Of a stretch of 24,559 bases of DNA, positions 15,068 through 22,772 are shown one piece after another. The stretch lies in the IMG/VR virus record IMGVR_UViG_3300025880_000109, positions 1 to 24,559 of that record; one strand, 5' to 3'. Source of the stretch: a virus (Duplodnaviria; Caudoviricetes). Within the stretch, counting starts at the first letter, position 1; every line of letters begins with the position of its first letter. Under the pieces are notes generated by a model. The model worked only from the letters and a program-made list of their open reading frames with translations. It ran no database searches and was not told where the DNA came from. Both the position numbers and the translations under genes were made by a program.

Positions 15068-15393
15068 TAACTAGTCCTTCTCTTGCCTGCAAATCTTTTC
15101 TTAGGTCTAACGTTAATACGCTTCAAACGTTTACTTGCTGGATTGGCTCTTTTAGTTTTCTTTGTATTAATTTTAATTTTGTTTGGAGTTTTGCGTTTAG
15201 TTTTAGTAAGTTGAATCTTTGCTTTTTGATTTAAAGGTTTATTACATGTTGCGGCTCTTGCAACAATACGTCCTTTACGTATTCCACTTGTGCAACGATA
15301 CTTACGTACTTGTTTACCACCTGAACGACTCCATATAGTTCTAACTGCTTCAACTACTGGGTCTTCTGTTATGTAAAATTCACGTAACAACAT
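15067..15393 (-). CDS. Highly basic protein, paralog B
   Basis: VRKYRC..G.R.GRIVA....C.KP.N and TKR.NPAS shared with the neighbouring gene. Confidence 0.75.
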   Translation of the reverse strand: MLLREFYITEDPVVEAVRTIWSRSGGKQVRKYRCTSGIRKGRIVARAATCNKPLNQKAKIQLTKTKRKTPNKIKINTKKTKRANPASKRLKRINVRPKKRFAGKRRTS

Positions 15394-15696
15394 CTAACGT
15401 CTCGCTTTATTCATTGCCTTAAGTCTTCTACTTGCGGGATTAATACGTTTAGTTCTTCTTGATTTTCTAGCAATACGTTTACCTAGTCTAGCCTGTGTAC
15501 GCTTTAAGGTATAACGTGCTTTCATATTAATAGGTTTAAAACATGCGCTAGGTGCGGCAACAATACGTCCGTGGCGAGTACCACCGGAACACCTATACTT
15601 ACGTACGACCTTGTTGCCTCTGCGTCCCCAGATCTGTTTTTCATCTAGTTCAAATTGCTCGCCCGCGGGGTCAGTAATGAGTTCTCTTAAGTTCAT
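15394..15696 (-). CDS. Highly basic protein, paralog A (possible T4 gp68-like core protein)
   Basis: 38/75 identical residues to paralog B in an ungapped manual alignment. Confidence 0.75.
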   Translation of the reverse strand: MNLRELITDPAGEQFELDEKQIWGRRGNKVVRKYRCSGGTRHGRIVAAPSACFKPINMKARYTLKRTQARLGKRIARKSRRTKRINPASRRLKAMNKARR

Positions 15697-15700
15697 ACTG

Positions 15701-15706
15701 TATTTA
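15701..15706 (-). promoter_or_regulatory. TAAATA late-like promoter 4 nt before ATG
   Basis: CATAAATACAGT-ATG. No room for an RBS. Confidence 0.55.
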
Positions 15707-15709
15707 TGT

Positions 15710-15940
15710 TTAGGAAAGGTTAAGTAAAATAACTACGATTGTAGATAACAAGCCAGCAACTACTGTGCCTGCCGCACCAATGATTACTTTAGTCATTGAT
15801 TGCTGTCCTCTAGTAATGTCATCGTGAATATGATGCACTTTTGCTTCAATTTTATCTAAGCGAGTTTCAAGATTTTTATATCTTTGTTCGCATAAATCTA
15901 CATGTGCTTCTAGGTTTTCACGTTCTAAGGCAGTTGCCAT
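15710..15940 (-). CDS. Coiled-coil plus single C-terminal TM protein (holin/XhlA-like architecture)
   Basis: HVDLCEQRY..LETRLDKIE coiled coil, VIIGAAGTVVAGLLSTIVVILL TM, GGAG RBS. Confidence 0.65.
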   Translation of the reverse strand: MATALERENLEAHVDLCEQRYKNLETRLDKIEAKVHHIHDDITRGQQSMTKVIIGAAGTVVAGLLSTIVVILLNLS

Positions 15941-16009
15941 TGTTTATTCTCCATTAGTAAACTTCGTAAGTTAGCCTAATATGCCTTGAATGGTGTTTTA
16001 GTGTTTGCC

Positions 16010-16420
16010 TTATATAGAGTATTTATCATCTTCGGCCAATATCTTAAACAAGATATTGCACTTTTTGGCATCTGATGTACAGAATAATGCATCTTCCATG
16101 ATGCAATTTTCTTTTAAGTTTTTAACCACAGGAACCATATCAAAATCAGTTTCCATCATTTCAACACTGTGTGATTCATCTTGCTCTACAGTAATAATGC
16201 AACGCCATACGTTTAAATTTTTGTTAGCGTAGTCACTTCCAAAGCCTATTGCTTTTTGTTTCTTAAACACAGGGTCTGAAATTTCTACGTTGGTTCTAAG
16301 TCCAAGTGTTTGTACAACACTCATATAGTTTTGTTGCTGTCCGTATGCTAGTTTGTCTTCGCCACGACGTGCATTTGTTTTTGTGATATCTACTAACGTA
16401 GTTAATTCAAATGTGTTCAT
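16010..16420 (-). CDS. Hypothetical protein
   Basis: Clean ORF after a terminator. TAAGTA element at 16431-16426, 5 nt before the ATG. Confidence 0.7.
   Translation of the reverse strand: MNTFELTTLVDITKTNARRGEDKLAYGQQQNYMSVVQTLGLRTNVEISDPVFKKQKAIGFGSDYANKNLNVWRCIITVEQDESHSVEMMETDFDMVPVVKNLKENCIMEDALFCTSDAKKCNILFKILAEDDKYSI
16020..16025 (-). promoter_or_regulatory. TAAATA late-like promoter for the holin-like gene
   Basis: GATAAATAC at the 3' end of the upstream ORF. Confidence 0.5.
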
Positions 16421-16439
16421 GTTAGTACTTATCGGTCAC

Positions 16440-16470
16440 AAAAAAAGGCCCAGTAAAAACTGAGCCTTTT
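16440..16470 (-). terminator. Rho-independent terminator
   Basis: Minus strand AAAAGGCTCAG-TTTTTA-CTGGGCCTTTT followed by TTT. Confidence 0.85.
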
Positions 16471-16501
16471 AATGTTAAAGTTATTAAACTTATAACAACT
16501 A

Positions 16502-16834
16502 TTAAGTTGCTACAAATCCGTCTAAGTCACGTGCTGTTACTGTTGCACTTGAAAGATCAACACCGTCTACTGTACCCATGTTCTGTAAGCGAACTTGCAT
16601 TGAAGCCGCTGATTGTCCATGTCCGTGTACGATTGCAAAAATCTTACCTGCTGTACCTGTTGACTTGTACATTACTGGTGAAAACTCACCAACGATTTGA
16701 GCCAATGCTCCGTCAACGCCGTCTTTTGCGGCTAATGATACGATTGCATCGATTTCTACACCGATTAGATCTGCTGTGTTGTATTGAACGCCATGATCAC
16801 GTCCGTCTTGATTTACTCTTGCTACTGATGCCAT
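16502..16834 (-). CDS. Small abundant virion structural protein (decoration-like, putative)
   Basis: Own TAAATA promoter, 5' hairpin, AGGAG RBS and own terminator. Ala/Gly/Val/Thr-rich. Confidence 0.6.
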   Translation of the reverse strand: MASVARVNQDGRDHGVQYNTADLIGVEIDAIVSLAAKDGVDGALAQIVGEFSPVMYKSTGTAGKIFAIVHGHGQSAASMQVRLQNMGTVDGVDLSSATVTARDLDGFVAT

Positions 16835-16894
16835 TTTATATCTCCTATATTTTCTCTAATGACCAATTTCGTTTCTCTACGAAGTTGTTATATG

Positions 16895-16900
16895 TATTTA
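16895..16900 (-). promoter_or_regulatory. TAAATA late-like promoter
   Basis: GGTAAATAC in the intergenic gap. A second TAAATA lies at 16927-16922. Confidence 0.6.
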
Positions 16901-16920
16901 CCAAAGAGGAGAAAAAACGC

Positions 16921-17793
16921 CTATTTACGGCTCTTTTTTGCTCTCTGATGCAGTGCTCTTAGGAGATTTATGTATGCAGGTCCTGCTTTTACGATGTCAT
17001 CTAGCATTTTAACCGCCGGAATGTAGCCTTGTACGAACTGTCCAGGTATACTTCTGCCTTGTTTTGCTAGTGCTAGGAAGTTTTTAGTACGCATAACGTT
17101 TTCTGTACCTACTACATAGCGATATAAACTAATATCACGTGCATCTGTGCTGATATCTGGTACACTTACTGTAGGTTCATTGTCTGCTACTCTTGCTGTT
17201 TCTAGATCATTTGTTGCGGCTAATTTACTAAGGTCATCAACTAAATCACTTGTACGTAGTTTTGCTCTTGCGGCAATTAATAATCTTGTGATAGTGTTTT
17301 CTTTGTCTTTAGTACTTAGGCTTCTATATCTTGTAAGATTTCTTCGTACAATTTTATAGTCGGCATTGCTAATATTCAACCCACCTTCAAGTTTGATAAG
17401 GAATTGTGAAGTTTGAGTATACTGATGACTACTTGCAATACTTTTTAACCATCCATTAAGTTGCATCAACGGCAAGTTAGTTCTTTGCCTCATTGCTTTT
17501 GCGGCACTAGGATCTTTTAGTTTGTTCATAGCATCTTCGTCGCCATTTACAAAGTAAGCAAGATTATATAAATCTGTGCCACTCATCCTATACGCTTTAA
17601 ACGTATCGTAGCCTGTAGTTCTTTTAGCATACTCACTTGCTGTACGTCTAAAATAAGCATATTGATTTAGTGCTTCTAATATCAATACACTTAGATACAA
17701 TCGTTCACAACAATCTGTATACGTCAGACTCTTGAGCGTACCTGTACTACGAGTCATTCGTGCCTCGTGCATGTCCTTAATGAATTCCATCAT
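16921..17793 (-). CDS. Hypothetical helical protein, putative internal virion protein
   Basis: 290-aa ORF with short leader MMEFIKDMHE-AR. Confidence 0.7.
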   Translation of the reverse strand: MMEFIKDMHEARMTRSTGTLKSLTYTDCCERLYLSVLILEALNQYAYFRRTASEYAKRTTGYDTFKAYRMSGTDLYNLAYFVNGDEDAMNKLKDPSAAKAMRQRTNLPLMQLNGWLKSIASSHQYTQTSQFLIKLEGGLNISNADYKIVRRNLTRYRSLSTKDKENTITRLLIAARAKLRTSDLVDDLSKLAATNDLETARVADNEPTVSVPDISTDARDISLYRYVVGTENVMRTKNFLALAKQGRSIPGQFVQGYIPAVKMLDDIVKAGPAYINLLRALHQRAKKSRK

Positions 17794-17799
17794 TTGTTT

Positions 17800-18129
17800 T
17801 TATTCTTCTTCTGGTTGCTCTGGCTCAGGATCTTTAACACCTGCACCTGGTTTTACGTCTGCGTTTTTAACTTTAGCAATAATTGCTTTTGCCATTTCAA
17901 CATCTACGTTTGCATCTTTTAATGCTTCACCTGGTGTCTTAGGACCAAATGCTGAACCTAGTTTACCAAATGACGATCCTAATGCCGCCGCTTTGTTGAA
18001 CTCAACATCTTCCCATTCAAGGCCACTTCCTGGCTCTAATGCTGAAGCAATCTTTTGCCCCATTCTTACATACGGCATAAGTTTTGGATCTACATCGTAT
18101 GGTCCTTCTAATAAATCTGTAATTTTCAT
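17800..18129 (-). CDS. Hypothetical protein with MKITDLLE leader
   Basis: AAGGA RBS, acidic Pro-rich tail. Confidence 0.75.
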   Translation of the reverse strand: MKITDLLEGPYDVDPKLMPYVRMGQKIASALEPGSGLEWEDVEFNKAAALGSSFGKLGSAFGPKTPGEALKDANVDVEMAKAIIAKVKNADVKPGAGVKDPEPEQPEEE

Positions 18130-18139
18130 TTTGTTTTCC

Positions 18140-19381
18140 TTATCTTTCTACTGCTCTATTTGCGGCAGAGAATGTTTTGCGTGGTACTAATTTAATATCG
18201 CCCTTAGGATGTGCTAATACATATCCTTCACCACCTGGCTGGTCACCTATTGATTGTTTGACATCTCCACCTTGACTGTCAAACTTAGCAATAATATCGT
18301 CTTTGGCTTGCATAATAGCAGTAACAACATTCCACATTGCTTTGAAATGTCCCATATGCTCTTTTATATATGCAAGTACATTAACTTTCTTCTTTTCACT
18401 AACCTTTGCTGTTTGTAACCATTTAGCAAAGTCTCCGCCTAAGTTATCTAAACCTGTATCAACTTTACTGTTGATGTAGGCATAAAACAATTTAGGCAAA
18501 TCTGTCATTTGTTTTGCTCTAAGACTAGGCTCATCAAGCATTGCATCTAGTCCTTGTGCATTTTGTTTTACTACTGCTGTTGCTCTATCTAATATTGTTG
18601 TGTCTACTTCTACTGGTGCTACTGTTGTTACACTTGGAACTACAAACACATCATTGCCTTGGAATATATCTTTATTTGTAAAAGGACCTTCAGCACCTTC
18701 TGAATCTACTTCTCTATGTATTACAATACCTGTTGTGCTTTTGCCAATACGTTTGCCTAAGTCACTCTTAACATCAATATTATATGTTACAGTTTGAGGT
18801 TTAAATGTGTAGTGTCCGTCTTTTACTTCTGGTGTGTTATAATACAACAAGTCGCCTTTGAAGTATCCTCTGTAATCTTTTGGAACTGCTTTTTCATACA
18901 AACTAAAAATTGTTGCCATCTTATCTGCGAATGCTATACGGCCCGGATCATCTCTGAGTTTGCCACCTGAACGACCGAGCAACTCTTGCTTAATCGCATC
19001 TGGACTTTTGGTTCTTCCAACTCCGCCTTTTTTGCCGAAGCCTGATTTGTCTGTAAATATAAACTCTCCATTTTCATCGCGGCCAAAAATGAGCGCGGGA
19101 GATCCATCCCATTTAAGTGTGACATTCTTGTGATCCTCCTTAGCCATATTGCGTAATGCTTCTAATGCTCGCATTGCGCCTTTGCTACCTTCCCAAAATA
19201 CAATATCTTCTGCATGTTGTATACGTGCATCTGCTTCATACAGACTTTCGCCTACAAGTTTACCTCTAGCAGGATGTGGAGTTTCGTTGCCGCCGGGTTT
19301 GCTTTTCTTCTTAATGGCATCTTTGCCTTTAAGTTGTCCTGCCTTACCTTTTTTATATTCTTTAAATTCTACGTAACGCAT
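18140..19381 (-). CDS. ATP-dependent ligase-like nucleotidyltransferase (KxDG; DUF6267-like, RNA-ligase-like)
   Basis: Motif I TLKWDGS (K90), FKGDLL, GEGYV and IKLV.R in ligase order. No OB domain apparent. Confidence 0.7.
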   Translation of the reverse strand: MRYVEFKEYKKGKAGQLKGKDAIKKKSKPGGNETPHPARGKLVGESLYEADARIQHAEDIVFWEGSKGAMRALEALRNMAKEDHKNVTLKWDGSPALIFGRDENGEFIFTDKSGFGKKGGVGRTKSPDAIKQELLGRSGGKLRDDPGRIAFADKMATIFSLYEKAVPKDYRGYFKGDLLYYNTPEVKDGHYTFKPQTVTYNIDVKSDLGKRIGKSTTGIVIHREVDSEGAEGPFTNKDIFQGNDVFVVPSVTTVAPVEVDTTILDRATAVVKQNAQGLDAMLDEPSLRAKQMTDLPKLFYAYINSKVDTGLDNLGGDFAKWLQTAKVSEKKKVNVLAYIKEHMGHFKAMWNVVTAIMQAKDDIIAKFDSQGGDVKQSIGDQPGGEGYVLAHPKGDIKLVPRKTFSAANRAVER

Positions 19382-20555
19382 TTATAATCTCGTTTTCTTG
19401 TGTTTGTATTTTCTTTTTCATCCACGCACTATTTGGATCTGCTTCGTACTTGTCTACAATTTCTTTTGCACTTGGCATCTTTGCTAAAATACTTTCTACT
19501 GAACCTAAGTCACTTGCTGTTGCATTAGGGCCTATTAATTGTTTTGCAATATTTTCTAAGTCGTTACTTACAAGTTCGTTTGTATCTCTATTAACTAAAC
19601 CTTTGTAAGGGCTCCACTTGAATCCTTTTTCTTTTGCAAGGTCTGCAATCATAATTTGTTTGTGTACACCTTTGTATGGTGAACCTTTAGGTATATCATG
19701 TACATGAAACTTACTTGCTGTCTCGCCGTTGTCAACAACCATAATGTCAACTTGCTGTGGAGTATCACCTATAGTTGTTTTTACATGGACAATTTGTCCT
19801 GTCTTTTTAGTTTCAAACCCTGCTTGTTGAAACATCTTTTCTAATTCTATTTTTGCAGTTTTAACATCAGGTGCTTTTAAATTTTTGATTAGTTGTCCTG
19901 CATCTGCAATCATGTCTAAGTCACCACTCATCTTACCTGGTGTAGGAGTTGCACCTGATCCAATTGGTAATGCTTTAACACCTGCTTTGGTCATTACACC
20001 ATTAATCTGTTTCATCATATCTGGTATAAGTTTTTGATCAAAGTCTGCTGTTCCTGGAAAAATGTTTCCGCCTTCTTTTAGAATATGTCCTTTAACATTA
20101 ATACTTTCATTTGCATCTTTCATTTTAGGATCTTTGATGCTGTTATATAATTTTACGCCACGCTTAACATCTAAAGGTTTTAATGATCTGCCATCTTCAG
20201 TATTACCATTCCATTGTTTCTCTACTGGATCCCAACTGTATATTTCTTTTCTTGGAGTTTTAAATACTGCTACCGTTGGCATATTACTTGGATCTAATAC
20301 TTCTATTTTTCTATTAGCAACAGGCTTTGTTACAACTCGTGTACTTTTTTTAGTAACTGTTTTTTTATCATCTACTTTTTTCTCATCTGGTCCGCGACCA
20401 CCTACTGCACCTTGCATAGTTTGAATTGCTTTCATAGGAAAACTACCACGTACAGCATCATCAGCCTTTTTAACCCAACTATCGTTTGGATTTGATTTAG
20501 TTTTTGATGCTTTAGATTTCTTAGGTGCTTCGTTTAGTAGATCAGTTATCTTCAT
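19362..20555 (-). CDS. Pol-beta-superfamily nucleotidyltransferase with long basic N-terminal extension
   Basis: IGS (G199-S200), GDLD (D212, D214) and QVDIM (D270). Confidence 0.75.
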   Translation of the reverse strand: MKITDLLNEAPKKSKASKTKSNPNDSWVKKADDAVRGSFPMKAIQTMQGAVGGRGPDEKKVDDKKTVTKKSTRVVTKPVANRKIEVLDPSNMPTVAVFKTPRKEIYSWDPVEKQWNGNTEDGRSLKPLDVKRGVKLYNSIKDPKMKDANESINVKGHILKEGGNIFPGTADFDQKLIPDMMKQINGVMTKAGVKALPIGSGATPTPGKMSGDLDMIADAGQLIKNLKAPDVKTAKIELEKMFQQAGFETKKTGQIVHVKTTIGDTPQQVDIMVVDNGETASKFHVHDIPKGSPYKGVHKQIMIADLAKEKGFKWSPYKGLVNRDTNELVSNDLENIAKQLIGPNATASDLGSVESILAKMPSAKEIVDKYEADPNSAWMKKKIQTQENEIINALRRI

Positions 20556-20805
20556 TTTTAGATTCCATTACTTTTGACATTACTCTCTTAAATTTACGTG
20601 GATCCCCAGTTCTAATAGAATTTAAGAACCTGCGTTCTAATTCGTTAGCAGTAGCATCATCATAAGTTTCAGCAATTCTATTTAAAAGATTAATCGCACT
20701 TTCGATAATATTATTGCCTGTGGCTTCAATTAAGTGGTCGTTATGCTTCTGTGAACGCCCAACTGTATTCAATTCTTGCAATATGCTTCTAGTACGTTTT
20801 TTCAT
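20542..20805 (-). CDS. Hypothetical helical protein, first gene of the late block
   Basis: GGAG RBS, TAAATA upstream. Confidence 0.75.
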   Translation of the reverse strand: MKKRTRSILQELNTVGRSQKHNDHLIEATGNNIIESAINLLNRIAETYDDATANELERRFLNSIRTGDPRKFKRVMSKVMESKNEDN

Positions 20806-20822
20806 TAGTTACTCCGTTACAG

Positions 20823-20843
20823 TATTTAGCGTTAGAATAAATA
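20823..20843. promoter_or_regulatory. Back-to-back divergent TAAATA elements
   Basis: Minus-strand TAAATA at 20828-20823 and plus-strand TAAATA at 20838-20843. Confidence 0.6.
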
Positions 20844-20869
20844 TAGATGTAAACTTAGGAGATGGGCAT

Positions 20870-21628
20870 ATGTCAATAAACGAATTGAATTTCAAAGAAC
20901 GATCCCTATTATTTGCTAAACTTTCAAGTATTGCTTATAGTAACATAAAAGAAGCAAAAGGTCAAGTAAAGAAATTAGGGTTTACAACTGTGGAATTCTA
21001 CAATAAAGATGGGGCGCAAGCATATCGTTTTATGAATAAGACTGATATTGTAATTGCATGTCGTGGAACACAACCGACAGAATTTAATGATTTAAAAGCA
21101 GATTTAAAAGCAACACCAGTAATGGCTGAAACTGTTAGTAGGGTACACAGAGGATTTAAGCAAGAAGTAGATGATCTTTGGCCTGATGTGCAAGAAGATT
21201 TACTTCGAAAAGTTAATTTAAATAAAACACTTTGGTTCTGTGGACATAGTTTAGGTGCGGCAATGGCTACTATTATGGCAAGTCGTTGTATGTATGAAGA
21301 AGAACTAAATGACCCTATTGAACTTTATACTTACGGCTCACCGCGTGTGGGTTGGAGGGGTTACTGCAATAGTTTAAACGTAACACATCATCGCTGGAAG
21401 AACAACAACGATATTGTTACAACTGTTCCTCTTGCAATAATGGGTTATGTGCATCACGGCAATCAGCATTACTTAAATGCTTATGGCAAATATAGAAAAC
21501 CTACAGGCTGGCAGATGTTTAAAGATAGACTTCGCGGCATGTGGATGGGAATTAAAAAAGGTAAGATAGACAACTTTGGTGATCACTCTATGGCAGAGTA
21601 TATCAAACACATTTCTAACTTAGACTAA
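20870..21628 (+). CDS. Class 3 lipase (alpha/beta hydrolase)
   Basis: IACRGT, VHRGF, GHSLGAA nucleophile elbow, YTYGSPRVG, NNNDIV..VP and DHSM..Y. Start revised to ATG 20870 (AGGAG RBS). Confidence 0.93.
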   Translation: MSINELNFKERSLLFAKLSSIAYSNIKEAKGQVKKLGFTTVEFYNKDGAQAYRFMNKTDIVIACRGTQPTEFNDLKADLKATPVMAETVSRVHRGFKQEVDDLWPDVQEDLLRKVNLNKTLWFCGHSLGAAMATIMASRCMYEEELNDPIELYTYGSPRVGWRGYCNSLNVTHHRWKNNNDIVTTVPLAIMGYVHHGNQHYLNAYGKYRKPTGWQMFKDRLRGMWMGIKKGKIDNFGDHSMAEYIKHISNLD

Positions 21629-21813
21629 GACTCACTAACTTTTTTGTTGTAAGCCTCTTCAAAGCCTTCCATGCCATATTCTGCTCTTTCATTATTCCCC
21701 CAAAGTCTTTTGAAATAGCCATCATATGAACTAATAATAGTTTCTTTGGTTGTGTTAAGATGGCCTTTTGTCAACCAGAACAGCCGGCATGCTTCTTTGA
21801 AGTCAGGTTCCAT
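21625..21813 (-). CDS. Hypothetical protein
   Basis: TAATG coupling to prs. Confidence 0.65.
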   Translation of the reverse strand: MEPDFKEACRLFWLTKGHLNTTKETIISSYDGYFKRLWGNNERAEYGMEGFEEAYNKKVSES

Positions 21814-22772
21814 TAGACAAACAAAGAACTAACTGATTCTTCATTTGTAACTCTACGCATTGCTTCTCCAAATAATTGACTCACACTCACTTGTCTTGTT
21901 TTCTTACAGTTCTTAGGACAACGGTTAGCAATTGAATCGGTTACTACCAATTCATCTAGTACACTTTTTTCAACCTTTTGGCATGCTTCGCCTGACAGTA
22001 CGCCGTGTGTAATATATGCTCTAACACTCAATGCCCCTGCGTCCATAATTGCTTTAGCCGCATTACATAATGTACCACCCGAGTCAATAATATCATCAAC
22101 TAGAACAGCATGTTTACCTTTAACATCTCCGATCAAATTCATTACTTCACTCTTGCCTGCTTCAGGACGCATCTTGTCTACAATAGCAATGTCACCGTTG
22201 AACATATCAGCAAACTTCCTAGCACGAACAACACCGCCTGCATCTGGTGATACAAAAACTGTGCCTTGTTGATTAACCTCTGGGTCATCAACATAACCAA
22301 TACTACGTTTGATGTCTTTGGCAAACACCACACGGCTTGTTAAATCGTCAACTGGAATATCAAAGAAGCCTTGTATCTGTCCTGCGTGTAAATCCATAGT
22401 TAAGATTCTATCTGCTCCTGCTGTTACTAACAAGTTAGCAACTAGTTTTGCTGTAATAGGAGTACGACTTGCACTTTTACGATCTTGTCTTGCATAACCA
22501 AAATAAGGAATAACTGCTGTAATACGACTTGCACTCGAACGTCTTGCCGCATCAATCATAATTAACATTTCCATTAGATTATCATTTACTGGACTACTTG
22601 TACTCTGTACTATAAACACATCTTCACCGCGGATGTTTTCCATAAACTCTACACTAGACTCGCCGTCAGCAAAAGTTGATACTGTTGCTGGGACTAGAGT
22701 TGCAAAACAATGTTCTGCAATCTCTTGTGCTAATTGAGGATTAGCATTTCCTGTAATGATTTTCATTTTCAA
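21813..22772 (-). CDS. prs: Ribose-phosphate pyrophosphokinase
   Basis: FADGE, YFGYARQDRK, DLHAGQIQGFFD, VSPDAGGVVRA and VDDIIDSGGT motifs. Confidence 0.97.
   Translation of the reverse strand: MKMKIITGNANPQLAQEIAEHCFATLVPATVSTFADGESSVEFMENIRGEDVFIVQSTSSPVNDNLMEMLIMIDAARRSSASRITAVIPYFGYARQDRKSASRTPITAKLVANLLVTAGADRILTMDLHAGQIQGFFDIPVDDLTSRVVFAKDIKRSIGYVDDPEVNQQGTVFVSPDAGGVVRARKFADMFNGDIAIVDKMRPEAGKSEVMNLIGDVKGKHAVLVDDIIDSGGTLCNAAKAIMDAGALSVRAYITHGVLSGEACQKVEKSVLDELVVTDSIANRCPKNCKKTRQVSVSQLFGEAMRRVTNEESVSSLFV

Noticed and set aside
14009-15074. Several Cys/Gly/Leu-rich plus-strand ORFs
   Set aside because: Antisense artefacts of Pro/Ala/Thr codon repeats.
16921-16939. Second in-frame A_AAA_AAG near the end of the 290-aa ORF
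   Set aside because: The -1 frame stops after two codons (GAG CCG TAA), so no fusion results.
19362-20555. CBASS cyclase (CD-NTase)
   Set aside because: The hGS/DxD motif is superfamily-wide. No effector or Cap genes are adjacent and the context is a phage late block. Not excluded biochemically.
20714-20869. N-terminal extension of the lipase (likewise the ORF-track starts at 583, 11795, 13778 and 23533)
   Set aside because: Better starts with an RBS or translational coupling lie downstream, and most of the extensions overlap neighbouring genes.
21813-22772. NARP1-type ADPR-PP synthetase (anti-NAD-depletion)
   Set aside because: Looks like a canonical class I Prs throughout, and no Nampt-like partner is adjacent.
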